A program made the translations under genes and the position numbers. Below the pieces are notes generated by a model, which did no database searches, was not told the origin of the DNA, and saw only the letters and a program-made list of their open reading frames with translations. This document shows positions 1-10,577 of a stretch of 35,722 bases of DNA, piece by piece. The DNA comes from Candidatus Hermodarchaeota archaeon (lineage in GTDB: Archaea; Asgardarchaeota; Lokiarchaeia; Sigyniarchaeales; SOKP01), in contig JBHLLG010000015.1 of the NCBI GenBank assembly GCA_048885925.1, forward strand, positions 27,386 to 63,107, written 5' to 3'. Every line of letters starts with the position of its first letter. Position 1 is the stretch's first letter.

Positions 1-167
1 TTACAACAATCTTCACATTTTAATTCAGTTAGAGGAAGATAACCACAATTTGGTCCCATATAACACTCAAATTGATTTTTTTCTTCATTAAACACCATAT
101 CTTCTGCGCAATGTTTAGGCAATGTTTCGATTTCTTTACCACATTCACTGCATCTATACAATTTCAT
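1..167 (-). CDS. Small Cys-rich putative metal-binding protein homologous to the CopA C-terminal domain (runs off the window edge)
   Basis: Hand translation from ATG at 167: MKLYRCSECGKEIETLPKHCAEDMVFNEEKNQFECYMGPNCGYLPLTELKCEDCC. GGAGG SD upstream, 27 nt after the copA stop. Not in the ORF track. Confidence 0.85.
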   Translation of the reverse strand, partial: MKLYRCSECGKEIETLPKHCAEDMVFNEEKNQFECYMGPNCGYLPLTELKCEDCC

Positions 168-194
168 TTATTTGATACCCTCCTATATTAATTT

Positions 195-3068
195 CTATTC
201 AATTATTTCCATTGGTTTACCATGATGTTCTGGGATTGGTTGTATCCCACAGGATGCTCCCATCCAACAAACTAATTGGTTACCTTCTTTATGCATTGTT
301 TGCCCACAATGCATTGGAAGTTTTTGTTCTAATCCACATTCTACACATTTTAATTTTCCCACTTTTTTATCAACCTCATTTTTATTTTTATTTTCATTTA
401 ATTTTTCGCTATTTTCACTTATAATTAAGCTTTTCATTTGCATTAATTTTGGATCCATTGCATCGTAATTTTTGAATCGTTCAGGATCCCTTTTAAAATG
501 AGCTTCGCAATTAGGATTACAAAAGTGATAAATTTTATTCTTATATTCATATTCAATTGCTTTCCTTGGATCAATTTCCATACCACATACTGGATCGACT
601 ACTTTTTCTTGAGATATTAAAAGTTTTTCTTCTTCAATTTGCTGAGGTGTTTTAGGTTCATATCTCTTTAAAAATAATGCATTAGTTACTACTGATACGG
701 AGCTTGAAGCCATAAATACAGCTGCTAAATAAGGTGGTAAGAAGAAACCTGTTGCATAATAGAGGATCCCAGCAGCAATTGGGATACCAATGAGATTATA
801 AATGAATGCCCAAAATAAATTTGTAATCATTTTTTTATATGTCTTTTTTGATAAATTAATAGCAGATACCACATTTCGTAAATCTCCTCGCATTAATACG
901 ATATCAGCTGTTTCAATTGCAACATCAGTCCCAGATCCAATTGCAATTCCTACATCTGCTTGTGCTAAAGCAGGTGCATCATTAATTCCATCTCCAACCA
1001 TACCAACAATCTTATGTTCATCTGATTTCTGAAGTCTCTGGATTGTAATTGCTTTATCATTTGGTAATACCTCAGCTAAAATATGATCTTCATCAATTTT
1101 TATTTGTTTTCCTATACTTAAGGCAGTTTGTTGATTGTCTCCTGTTATCATATAAATTTCTAAACCTATTTCTCTTAATTTATCTAAAGCATAAGGTGTT
1201 TGATCTTTAATTTTATCTGAAATCCCGATAATACCTTTTATTTCATTTTCTAAACTTATAAGTATAGATGTAATCCCTTTTTGTTGAAATTCATGAAATT
1301 TATTTTTGAAGTCCTTTAGTGAAATATTATTTTCAATCATTAGTTTTTCATTACCAATAAGGACTTGTTTATCCCTAATAACAGCTTTCAAACCTTTGCC
1401 AGGTATAGCATCAAACTGTATTGGAGATTCAAGATTTAAATTTCTTTGATTTGCCTCTTCTATTATTGCTTGCCCTAGAGGATGTTCAGATCCCATCTCA
1501 GCACTTCCTGCATAAAATAGAAGTTCCTCCTCATCAAAACCTTTACCTTCTAAATTTTTTTCTGTAAAAATTATAGATACTTTTGGTTTTCCAACTGTTA
1601 AGGTTCCAGTTTTGTCAAATACAATAGTATTAATTGTATTTATTGCTTCCAACGAATCACCACCTTTTAAAAGAATGCCATTTTCTGCTCCTTTACCTGT
1701 ACCAACCATAACTGCGGTTGGAATCGCTAAACCAAGAGCACATGGACAAGATATAACAACAACGGATGTAAAAACTAATAAGGATAACTCTAAGCCAATT
1801 TGAGCAATTAAGTACCAGTATAAAAAGGCAACAGTAGCTATAATTACTACAATTGGTACAAAATAATTACTAACTTTATCTGCTAACTGTTGTTTAGCAG
1901 GTTTTTTACTTTGCGCTTCTTTAACAAAATCAATTATTTGAAACAATAGAGTATCTTTACCAACCTTTTCAGCAACGATGTTTATCAAACCAGTCTGATT
2001 AACTGTCGCACCAATAACTTTACTATCTATTTCTTTCTTTACATACTTGCTTTCTCCTGTAATCATAGATTCATCGATCTTAGTTTTCCCTTTAATTACC
2101 CTCCCATCAATTGGGATTTTTTCACCAGGTCGTACTATTAAAATATCTCCAACTTCTATTTCTTCTATAGGGATTTCGATTTCTTTACCATCCTTTAATA
2201 GAGTTGCCGTTTTTGCCTGCAATCCGATTAACTTTTTTATCGCTTCTGAAGCCTGTCCTTTAGTTTTGTGTTCGAAGTATTTCCCAATTAATAGGAATGT
2301 TAGAATCATACTCATTGCTTCATAGAATGTATGCCCTTCTATTACAAATGTTGTTAAGATTGAATATATTAAAGCAGTCGTTGTACCTAATGCTACTAAA
2401 ACATCCATATTGGCAGATTTATTTTTTAACGATTTATAGGCTCCTTTTAAGAAAAAAGAACCTGCGATGGAATAATTTGCAATTGCTAAGAAAAATAATA
2501 ATAACTTAATTTGAAAAGGTTGTTCCATAAAAACCATACTAATAGGAGCAATAATCAATGTAAAAGCTAAAGAAATTAAAAATATTCTAAGTCTATATCT
2601 TAATTCTCTTTTACTTTGTTCAATCTCTTTATCAATTACTCCAGCAGCTTTTTCAATACTCAGTCCTAATTGTTTAACTTTTGAAAAAATTTTACTTTCA
2701 TCAGTTTCTAATTCATTGAATTCAATAAATAGCTTAGACGCATTGAAATTTGCTCTAACATCATAGATACCATGAATAGACTTAACTTTTTCAGTTAATT
2801 CATTAAATTCAGTTTCATTTAAGCTATTAATAACCTTGAGGTCAATTTTAGCTAAAGACGATTTATATCCCAAATCTCTAATAGCTTTATTGAAATTATC
2901 ATAGTTTGTTAATTTAGGATTATATTCTACAGTTGCTTCTTCATTAGCAAAATTAACAACTGAACTATTTACACCGTCTAAATTTTTCAATTTCGTTTCA
3001 ATTTTATAAGCACAATTAGCACACGTCATGCCACCAAGCTTAATTTTTACTTTTTCAGTAGATTCCAT
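195..3068 (-). CDS. copA: Cu(I)-translocating P1B-type ATPase with N-terminal HMA, C-terminal YHS/TRASH and an extra Cys/His domain
   Basis: Motifs GMTCANC, TGE, CPC, DKTGT, SEHP, GDGIND, YN, MxxSS and DPVCGM...[11 protein letters not shown] 3068 preferred because the track's GTG (3083) lies inside a GAGGTG SD. Confidence 0.95.
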   Translation of the reverse strand: MESTEKVKIKLGGMTCANCAYKIETKLKNLDGVNSSVVNFANEEATVEYNPKLTNYDNFNKAIRDLGYKSSLAKIDLKVINSLNETEFNELTEKVKSIHGIYDVRANFNASKLFIEFNELETDESKIFSKVKQLGLSIEKAAGVIDKEIEQSKRELRYRLRIFLISLAFTLIIAPISMVFMEQPFQIKLLLFFLAIANYSIAGSFFLKGAYKSLKNKSANMDVLVALGTTTALIYSILTTFVIEGHTFYEAMSMILTFLLIGKYFEHKTKGQASEAIKKLIGLQAKTATLLKDGKEIEIPIEEIEVGDILIVRPGEKIPIDGRVIKGKTKIDESMITGESKYVKKEIDSKVIGATVNQTGLINIVAEKVGKDTLLFQIIDFVKEAQSKKPAKQQLADKVSNYFVPIVVIIATVAFLYWYLIAQIGLELSLLVFTSVVVISCPCALGLAIPTAVMVGTGKGAENGILLKGGDSLEAINTINTIVFDKTGTLTVGKPKVSIIFTEKNLEGKGFDEEELLFYAGSAEMGSEHPLGQAIIEEANQRNLNLESPIQFDAIPGKGLKAVIRDKQVLIGNEKLMIENNISLKDFKNKFHEFQQKGITSILISLENEIKGIIGISDKIKDQTPYALDKLREIGLEIYMITGDNQQTALSIGKQIKIDEDHILAEVLPNDKAITIQRLQKSDEHKIVGMVGDGINDAPALAQADVGIAIGSGTDVAIETADIVLMRGDLRNVVSAINLSKKTYKKMITNLFWAFIYNLIGIPIAAGILYYATGFFLPPYLAAVFMASSSVSVVTNALFLKRYEPKTPQQIEEEKLLISQEKVVDPVCGMEIDPRKAIEYEYKNKIYHFCNPNCEAHFKRDPERFKNYDAMDPKLMQMKSLIISENSEKLNENKNKNEVDKKVGKLKCVECGLEQKLPMHCGQTMHKEGNQLVCWMGASCGIQPIPEHHGKPMEIIE

Positions 3069-3242
3069 AATAAAAAATGACACCTCAATATCTAATTACT
3101 AAGCTCTGTTATTATACCTTCGGCTTATAATTTGAAAATTTTTTACCTTTTATGATTTAGAAGTTAAATGAAATTGGGGGTTAAAATAATAATTAATTTA
3201 ATTTAAGACTTAATAATAATTTATGAGAATTTTTAGAATGAT

Positions 3243-4109
3243 TTAGTATTCTCCTTTCCAAGTAATTTTATATAAGAGATCTTCTGCACCAGATATTTGA
3301 GGTTCTTCAAAAACCCATTTCCCTTCTATACGAAACTCTTTTGCAGTAAGATCAAAATGACATACTGCTATCCCTATATCAAGTGGAGGATAATTATCAT
3401 AATTAGAACCAATATTGAATTTAACCTTATTAGTGTAAAAATGAAAGATTCTCTTATTGATATCTTTTATAATTCGCCAAGGTTGCCTATTAGCCGCAGA
3501 TGGTCCAATCCTTACCATTTCAAATAATTGTGAATATTTTCCTAGTTGTTCCTTTTTAATTGGATTAGTAAGATCACCTTCAAAAAAAAGTTGATTCCAT
3601 GGTAATCTCTTTTTGGCTCTTACAAATGAACGCATCATCTTTTCTTTAAGCGATCTTTCAATTGAATAACCTATAGGTGTAATAGCAGGAACAATTTCAT
3701 CTTTAGTGCTTTCAATTTTGTCTGCAAAAAGAGTTTTATTAAAGAAGCCACCTAACCAACAAGTGCCTAACCCTATATCTGTGGCAGCAAGGATAATTGT
3801 TTCCATAAGATATCCAAAATGTTCTCGACTAAATTTAGATCTCTCTACCGCACCTACAATAAAGTCTTGAGCTCCTTTAATTAACCCATAAGTTCCTAAT
3901 TTTTTTCTTTCATTAGGATGAAATTCGGGAACACTGACAAGCTTGAATCTCGCTTTTCCAGCATATTGACTGAATGGACTTTTTAAATCATAAGACTCTA
4001 TAATATTAATAACTTTTTCTCTCATATCCTTCTCAAGAGGTTGTCCAGAATAAGTTCGACGAGATGTCCGCTCTTGGATTATATTTATTACTGATTTAGA
4101 AAAATTCAT
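3243..4109 (-). CDS. Nitroreductase family protein (two-domain)
   Basis: RTSRRTY, LGTCWLGG, PSAANRQPW and DIGIAVCHF motifs. Confidence 0.85.
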   Translation of the reverse strand: MNFSKSVINIIQERTSRRTYSGQPLEKDMREKVINIIESYDLKSPFSQYAGKARFKLVSVPEFHPNERKKLGTYGLIKGAQDFIVGAVERSKFSREHFGYLMETIILAATDIGLGTCWLGGFFNKTLFADKIESTKDEIVPAITPIGYSIERSLKEKMMRSFVRAKKRLPWNQLFFEGDLTNPIKKEQLGKYSQLFEMVRIGPSAANRQPWRIIKDINKRIFHFYTNKVKFNIGSNYDNYPPLDIGIAVCHFDLTAKEFRIEGKWVFEEPQISGAEDLLYKITWKGEY

Positions 4110-4159
4110 AATATTTACAAGAATAAAATCAAAATTATATTAAATATGGAATGTAAAAG

Positions 4160-4540
4160 TTATTTCGTTTTCTCCTGATATTTTCTGATTGCATCATGTA
4201 ATCCATCTGCTGCTAAATTACTACAGTGCATTTTAATTGGAGGTAAACCATCTAATGAATCTGCAACATCTTCTCTTGTTAATTTTAAAGCTTCATCTAA
4301 AGTTTTCCCTTTAGCTAATTCTGTAACCATTGAAGAGGTAGCAATAGCCGCGGCGCATCCAAAGGTTTGAAAAGAAATATCATCTATTATTTTTTGTCCA
4401 TTTTTTTCTTTCACTTTAATATATATATACATTAAATCACCACAAACTGGATTTCCAACTTCTCCAACAGAATCAGCATCCTTCATTTCTCCCATATTTC
4501 GGGGATTTCTAAAGTGCTCCATTACTTTTTCAGAGTAAAT
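4160..4540 (-). CDS. iscU: Fe-S cluster scaffold IscU/NifU-like (MisU type)
   Basis: YSEKVMEHFRNPRN, GNPVCGD, FGCAAA, LPPIKMHC. Start is ATT 4540 (gives the typical MYSEKV N-terminus, GGTG SD 7 nt upstream) or ATG 4555. Confidence 0.92.
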   Translation of the reverse strand: MYSEKVMEHFRNPRNMGEMKDADSVGEVGNPVCGDLMYIYIKVKEKNGQKIIDDISFQTFGCAAAIATSSMVTELAKGKTLDEALKLTREDVADSLDGLPPIKMHCSNLAADGLHDAIRKYQEKTK

Positions 4541-4632
4541 ATTTATACACCACATTAATTATACAATGCTACGAAAAATAGTAAATTATTTTCTAAAATC
4601 TTTACGATTTATTTAACTAACAATAAAATATA

Positions 4633-6936
4633 TTAATTTAAGAAGGTAAGGATCCTCTTTTTTGGTAATGATACCTTTTCGACTCCTAATTCTTTTACAT
4701 AGTCTGCTACATCAGTCAATTTTTTTGCCGATTGATGAAAAAAGCACACTTCCTTAGGCTGCAACATCTTTATCATATCATGTAATTGATTTTTATCAGC
4801 ATGGAGCTTTATTTTAATGTCTGGAGCAAATGTATTAAGTAAGAATGCTCGGAATGGCATTTTCCATGTCTCAGAGAATTCAATTTCCTTTGCACCTTCT
4901 AATAGTTCTAAACCTGGCGATTCATGGATTGACCCAGCTAAAAAAATAAAATTATGAGGGCTTCTTCCCACCACATTAATAATATTTCTTATTAATCCAT
5001 AAGAAAGATCCGGTGGATGAGAAATAATTATATTGTTTTTCTTGCGTAAAAAGTTTAGATTAGAATGATCAAACCATCTAAATTTAATACTATTAAAAGG
5101 ATTTGCTTTATCTCTTATTAATTTTGAAATTGGGCCATAAATGTATTCATAACGATGGTTTATAACTTGAATATTTTTTCTGACCATCATATCTACATAA
5201 ATATTGGGACGTTTTTTAAAACCACGTCTCAATTGGAGTTTTCTAAAATACCTCCAAAAAATTAACATAAAACTAATTGCTAAACTTGAAGGGTCTGCTC
5301 CAATCAAAGAGTTATCACCATATTCTGCTTTTTGTTCTAAAAACAAAATTAAACTATGAAACTGATCAGAAATATTTCCAAATTCTTCTTGAGCACTAGT
5401 ACCATCTATTAAGAGATAATCGATAGGACGAGAGATTTGTTCTAAGAATCTTCTTGTACCAGCAAAAGGGGTTATATCATGATATGTATAATCACCGGTA
5501 TAAAGAAAATTAAAATTATCTACTTTTACTAACATCATTAGTGCCCCAGGCATGTGTCCTGCGTGAAAGAAAGATAATGAGCAATTCATTTCTTTAAATT
5601 CTATCTTGGTACCATTTTCGACATAAATGGCATTAGTAATTATGTTTCGATATTCCTCTTCTTCGACTTCTTCATACTTTTCTTGTTTTATAAAATTGGA
5701 ATCTCTTAAGAGAAATAAATCTAAGGTTATGCGTGAACATAAAACAGGAATGTCAGGAAACCGTTTAATTAATTCTTTAAGACCAGAAACATGATCAAAA
5801 TGACTATGAGATATAAAAACTGCGTCAATTTTAGGATTTTTTGTAAAATTATTTAAATCAAACTTTTTTAAATCATATCCGGTAAGTTCCTCTTTTTTTT
5901 TTATTTCTTCTAAAAGAAGATGAGGTAATTTCTGAAGATATTCTTCAATATATTGGAAATCTCCTTCTATTTCTTTTTCTTCATCTTTTTCTGATAATCC
6001 ACAATCTAATAGAATATTACGATCTCCTATTCCAAGAATATGGCAATTATGATTTGGTTTTAGAATTATAGGATAAATTGTTATCCTTAAATTATTTTGA
6101 GCCTTATTTTCATCAAAAAGCGACATATTAGAGAAGTAATTTCCATCATATTTTTTTTCAACTTTATCAATAGCAATTGAAATATCACTTTTTCCAACTG
6201 GAACTCCTGTTATATAGAAATACCATCCATATTTCTTTACAAGATTCTCCAAATTGGCATACATCTCATCACCTAGAAAAGCTTTTATAACAATACATTT
6301 CTCTGATTGATAATAGATAATTTTTTTAATACTCCTTTTTTCCTCTTTTGGAACAAGATCATTTTTTAAGAAAAGGTCATTAAGAACGTCTCTTATAGGA
6401 ATTTGGTTTGTTTCTTGAGATTTAATCAATTTCATATAATGTCTATATTCTTTTGTGTGATAAAGAGGACGCATATTTTCCTTCTGCTTTAATAGAATGG
6501 TTAAATCTTCATAGTGAAACTCTTCTAAACTAATTGTATTTTCATTTTTTGTATCTTCTTTTTTTTTCTTTTTCCTTTGTTTAAGTTTAATATCATCTTT
6601 ATCTTTTTCAGATATAAAAAAGAACCAACCGTAATTTCTAATTAATTTATCGCGATTTTTAATAATTTCTTTTCCATTCTGAGTAATTAAAACAATAATT
6701 CTATCGCTTTGGGAATAAATAATCTTTGAAATTGAATTCTTAGTTTCGATTGAAATTAATTTATCAAGAGAAAATAAATGATTAAGAACTTCATTAATAT
6801 TTTTTTGAGGAATTTTTTTATCTTCCATATAATTCAGTTTAAGTGCATAAGACTTGATCTTATATGAAGAACTTAAAGATTCCCTTTTTTCAATTTGAAT
6901 TGTTTTATCTGTGAATTTTAATTCCTCAAGATTCAT
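4633..6936 (-). CDS. MBL-fold beta-CASP ribonuclease (aCPSF-like) with two N-terminal KH-like repeats
   Basis: LLDCG, SHSHFDH, AGHMPG, YTGD, DGT, HAD and a terminal His motif (FFHQ). Duplicated N-terminal unit ending in YGW[FY]F. Confidence 0.8.
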   Translation of the reverse strand: MNLEELKFTDKTIQIEKRESLSSSYKIKSYALKLNYMEDKKIPQKNINEVLNHLFSLDKLISIETKNSISKIIYSQSDRIIVLITQNGKEIIKNRDKLIRNYGWFFFISEKDKDDIKLKQRKKKKKEDTKNENTISLEEFHYEDLTILLKQKENMRPLYHTKEYRHYMKLIKSQETNQIPIRDVLNDLFLKNDLVPKEEKRSIKKIIYYQSEKCIVIKAFLGDEMYANLENLVKKYGWYFYITGVPVGKSDISIAIDKVEKKYDGNYFSNMSLFDENKAQNNLRITIYPIILKPNHNCHILGIGDRNILLDCGLSEKDEEKEIEGDFQYIEEYLQKLPHLLLEEIKKKEELTGYDLKKFDLNNFTKNPKIDAVFISHSHFDHVSGLKELIKRFPDIPVLCSRITLDLFLLRDSNFIKQEKYEEVEEEEYRNIITNAIYVENGTKIEFKEMNCSLSFFHAGHMPGALMMLVKVDNFNFLYTGDYTYHDITPFAGTRRFLEQISRPIDYLLIDGTSAQEEFGNISDQFHSLILFLEQKAEYGDNSLIGADPSSLAISFMLIFWRYFRKLQLRRGFKKRPNIYVDMMVRKNIQVINHRYEYIYGPISKLIRDKANPFNSIKFRWFDHSNLNFLRKKNNIIISHPPDLSYGLIRNIINVVGRSPHNFIFLAGSIHESPGLELLEGAKEIEFSETWKMPFRAFLLNTFAPDIKIKLHADKNQLHDMIKMLQPKEVCFFHQSAKKLTDVADYVKELGVEKVSLPKKRILTFLN

Positions 6937-7044
6937 TTATTTAATGATATATATCAAGTAAAATAACAATTACTATTTTTTTATCAATTCTGTAATAGTT
7001 TAGTTAAAATAATAAAAATAATATAAATGATTGTTATTGATTAC

Positions 7045-7449
7045 TTATTTACTAAATTTCACTTTTTCTAAAATATTCTTTAACTCCTCTGAAGAAATAT
7101 CTCTATCGTCTAATTTAGCTATAACTCCTGAATATGTAAGACCTTTAATGATATCCTTTACGCTTTCTTTTGAAATTTCAATTCCTATCTTAGGTGGTAA
7201 TGTCTTATTTGTGTGTATGATGCCCATTATTTCATCAAATCTTGGTATTAGAAATTTTTCGATTCTTACACTAGATTTGGGAGAAAGTAATGAGTCTCTT
7301 GAGAGTAATTGGATAATATCTTGTAATATGTCGATTAGCTCTACACTTAGCATTACAATTCCATAATCTCCCTTTTTTTCTTTAAATTCACTTGTTATAT
7401 AGATAATATCATCCTTAAGTAAACAAAACGTATACCCTTCTTCACTCAT
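7045..7449 (-). CDS. Hypothetical protein
   Basis: 134-aa ATG ORF co-oriented with its neighbours, normal composition, no recognised motif. Confidence 0.7.
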   Translation of the reverse strand: MSEEGYTFCLLKDDIIYITSEFKEKKGDYGIVMLSVELIDILQDIIQLLSRDSLLSPKSSVRIEKFLIPRFDEIMGIIHTNKTLPPKIGIEISKESVKDIIKGLTYSGVIAKLDDRDISSEELKNILEKVKFSK

Positions 7450-7647
7450 AGTAATAACACATTTTATATGGTAAATTAATTAAATAAATTAAAACCATTA
7501 TATTAAAAATTTATTAATATAGAATTAATCTTTTCCTCTTTTTGAGGTGTTTTTCATTTAAACCTTTTAATATATATTATTACAGAGTTATAAAGGTCTT
7601 CAATTAATTTTTTCATATATGTTTGATAAAAAAGAATTACCCTTTGT

Positions 7648-8256
7648 TTATTTTATTTTTTTTCTTTTTAATAATTCCCATTTAGTTTTTGTTTCACTCG
7701 GGAATTTTCCACCTTTTACAGCTTGGACTTGTTCAATTGAAATGAATGCATCTGGTACGAGGTTTCTAATTATTTCAAGAGCTTTTTCCTGGTTTTTTCG
7801 CTTTATTATCATGATAAGAATTTTTACATTACCTCTTGATCCTTCTGCAGTCACTGATGTTATGCCATAACCCTGTTCCTTCAATTTTATTACTAATTTT
7901 TCAGGATCTCCACTTAATATTAAACGAAGACTTAATAATCCTAAAGAAATTTTATTTTCAACTAATAGTCCTACATAATTTCCTATAGCAAATCCACTAG
8001 CATAAGCAAAGTAATAAAGAAAATTGGTTAAATTGCTAAAAATCTGCCCCATTGCTAAGAGCCAAATAAATATTTCAAAAAAACCTACAACTGGAGCTAA
8101 TTTACGCCTTCCTTGAGAAATAAATACAATTCTTAAAGTTCCAAGAGTTACATCAGCTACACGAGAAAAGAATATTAAAAACGGTAAAATTATAAGAGAA
8201 AATATTGGATTTCCAAATAGTTCTATAAATAATGACATTGTCAGTTCTGAAATCAA
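7648..8256 (-). CDS. DUF2179/DUF5698 membrane protein
   Basis: RVADVTLGTLR, GFFEIFIW, YASGFAIGNYVG and GYGITSVTAEG..G. Alternative start ATG 8238. Confidence 0.85.
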   Translation of the reverse strand: MISELTMSLFIELFGNPIFSLIILPFLIFFSRVADVTLGTLRIVFISQGRRKLAPVVGFFEIFIWLLAMGQIFSNLTNFLYYFAYASGFAIGNYVGLLVENKISLGLLSLRLILSGDPEKLVIKLKEQGYGITSVTAEGSRGNVKILIMIIKRKNQEKALEIIRNLVPDAFISIEQVQAVKGGKFPSETKTKWELLKRKKIK

Positions 8257-8377
8257 TTTAATAATTACTTAACTAACTTTTTTTTTACTTAATTTTTATT
8301 TTACTTTAAATCTTACTTTAAAATAAAATTATCAAGGTTTCCGATTTCTATACTATATTTTAAAATTATGTTAATTC

Positions 8378-9010
8378 TTATTTTTTTATACCTTCAATTT
8401 TTCCTTTTAATTGTAGCATTTCATGATTAATCTGATCAATCTTTTCTTTCAATTTTGCAGAATCATCTTTTAAGTCAGCAATGACTTTTGAAACTTTCCT
8501 TTTTTCATCATCAGAAATGCTTACATCAGTTTTATCCAATTCTTCTTGAAATTTCTTAGCTTCTTCTAATTTTAATTCAAATTGGTTATTTAGCACTTTT
8601 AATTCTTCCTCCTTTGCAATTATCTCTTTTAAAATTAGTTCTTTTCTATCCATATCAATTAATTCTTCGATTCTAGTTATATAACGACGTATTGGAGTTA
8701 AGTTTAAATCTTTTATATCCTCTTTTTTAAAAAATAATGCTAAATTACTATCTTCACCAAGTTTTAATATTACAATTGAAACATCTTCGGTTTCGAATAT
8801 TAGTTTCTTATAATCTTCAGCAGGGTAATTGCATATTTTAAATGCTTGTTTCATGTAATTCAAGGCTTCTGCTAAACTTTCACCCAATTTTGGTATATTT
8901 ATTTCTTGTTCAAACGTGGTTTGAAAAATTATACCATTATTATAGAACATTGTGATATGTATTACTTCAGGTAAGGCATTTTTTATCCTTGTTATATTCT
9001 TAAGAACTAT
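8378..9010 (-). CDS. Roadblock/LAMTOR-like domain plus C-terminal coiled coil
   Basis: Helix-strand pattern (ALPEVIHITMFYNNGIIFQTTF...LIFETEDVSIVILKLGEDSNLALFF) followed by a K/E/L heptad-rich tail. The frame stays open upstream of ATG 8950 to ATA 9010/ATT 9013, behind a GGGTGA SD. Confidence 0.65.
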   Translation of the reverse strand: MVLKNITRIKNALPEVIHITMFYNNGIIFQTTFEQEINIPKLGESLAEALNYMKQAFKICNYPAEDYKKLIFETEDVSIVILKLGEDSNLALFFKKEDIKDLNLTPIRRYITRIEELIDMDRKELILKEIIAKEEELKVLNNQFELKLEEAKKFQEELDKTDVSISDDEKRKVSKVIADLKDDSAKLKEKIDQINHEMLQLKGKIEGIKK

Positions 9011-9017
9011 AATTAAA

Positions 9018-10463
9018 TCACCCTATAATTTTATTTATTATGTTTTGAAAAAATAATTTTATCTTTACACTGAATTTTTTGGGTCCAATCTTGTATAAGA
9101 GAAAGAATAAAATTATGAAAAAACAAAGTAAACCTAATATTAAGAGACCAATAATCAAATAAAAAATTATTGTAAATATTATCGTAACTATAAGTAATTG
9201 ATAAATGGTTGTAAGAAATCCAAGTTTAAAGAATTTTTTAATACTTAATGGACGTTTGTTTTGTTCAGCTATATTCATTACTAAAATATTATCACCTAAT
9301 GGTGTCAAGTTGTCTCCCCAATTAGCTCCAATGGCTAGTGTATAAAATGATAAGTTTCTAATTGATACTGGATAAATTTCCATCATAGTATCTATTACTG
9401 GAATTAAAACTTGAGTGATTGGGAGATTATCAATTGAACTACTCAAAAACGCGGAAAACCATAAAATAAATATTATTTGAATAAAAGGAATGTTTCCACC
9501 AATTCCAGAAAAAAAGTTACCTAATAAACTAAGAATCCCTAAGCTTTCTAAAGCTCCTGTTATAATAAATATTCCAATAAGATAAAATAACAACTCATAA
9601 TCGATTTTATTAATAATTTCCTTTGGTTCTAATCTACTAATAATAATTAATATTATAGCAATACTTATAGCTATAATATCTGGTGTTATAACAGAAGTAG
9701 GAATTAAAACAAAGCAAATCATTAAAGAAGATAAAGCAATAATACATTCATAAAACAATCTTTTATTTTGAACAAGATTCCATACTTCAAATTCTTGTAA
9801 AACATTTAATCCTTCTTTGGGAATAACTAAGGAATTTTTATATAATAAGATGAAAAATAATAAAGTGAATCCAAAAATTATTGAAGCGATTACCCCAACA
9901 TTTTGAAAAAACTCAATAAATGTTATTTTTGCATAGTTAGCTATTAAAATATTTGGAATTGATGAGATTATGAACAAAGAGCCACCAATGTTTACTAATA
10001 ATGCTTCAATTAAGATATAAGGAGTTGGATCGATATTTAATATTCGAGAGACAGTAATTGTAAGTGGAATAAGTATGATTACTGCTAAAATATTGTTTAA
10101 AATTGAAGTAATCAAAATAGTGAGGAAGGAAAAAATTAACATTAATCGAATGGGTTTTCCTTTAGAAAGTTGAATTAATTTAATTGCTATAAATTGAAAT
10201 AATCCTGCATCACTAGCAATCTTTACAATAATCATCATACCAATAATTAATATTAAAGAATGTAAATTCACGAAACCGTCAGTTTCTGTTCCAAACATAA
10301 AATCTATTATAATTGAGAAATTATATCCTTCAAAAAATATTAAAACAAAGAAAGTGATTATAGCCCCTGCTAATGAAGAAATAGCTCTATTTAGCTTATT
10401 TGTTATAATGAGAAGAATTACTCCAATAAAACAAGATAATACAATAATTATACTGAGTAGAAT
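9018..10463 (-). CDS. ArsB/NhaD/SLC13 (P-protein-like) ion-transporter permease, paralog 1
   Basis: Multi-TM; ILNN, NIGG, SIPN, IDN and GANWGDNLTPLG. Homology to paralog 2 extends 55 codons upstream of the track ATG (10298), to ATT 10463. Confidence 0.88.
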   Translation of the reverse strand: MLLSIIIVLSCFIGVILLIITNKLNRAISSLAGAIITFFVLIFFEGYNFSIIIDFMFGTETDGFVNLHSLILIIGMMIIVKIASDAGLFQFIAIKLIQLSKGKPIRLMLIFSFLTILITSILNNILAVIILIPLTITVSRILNIDPTPYILIEALLVNIGGSLFIISSIPNILIANYAKITFIEFFQNVGVIASIIFGFTLLFFILLYKNSLVIPKEGLNVLQEFEVWNLVQNKRLFYECIIALSSLMICFVLIPTSVITPDIIAISIAIILIIISRLEPKEIINKIDYELLFYLIGIFIITGALESLGILSLLGNFFSGIGGNIPFIQIIFILWFSAFLSSSIDNLPITQVLIPVIDTMMEIYPVSIRNLSFYTLAIGANWGDNLTPLGDNILVMNIAEQNKRPLSIKKFFKLGFLTTIYQLLIVTIIFTIIFYLIIGLLILGLLCFFIILFFLLYKIGPKKFSVKIKLFFQNIINKIIG

Positions 10464-10577
10464 TAATAATCACTTAATTTGAATTTATTCAGATTATGCA
10501 AATAAATAATATGTATTTAATAAATTTGTAATAGAGTAAACATCAGATAAGGAAATTTGTAAAATTCTTAAGTAGGA

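Noticed and set aside
212-2509. Plus-strand ORFs inside copA, and similar short antisense ORFs elsewhere (e.g. 3297, 7031, 18048, 20453, 24336, 26215, 31362)
   Set aside because: They lie within or largely overlap well-supported genes on the opposite strand and show no motifs.
10299-10463. Permease 1 as a 5'-truncated pseudogene
   Set aside because: The upstream frame is intact and colinear with the paralog, so an ATT start is the simpler explanation.
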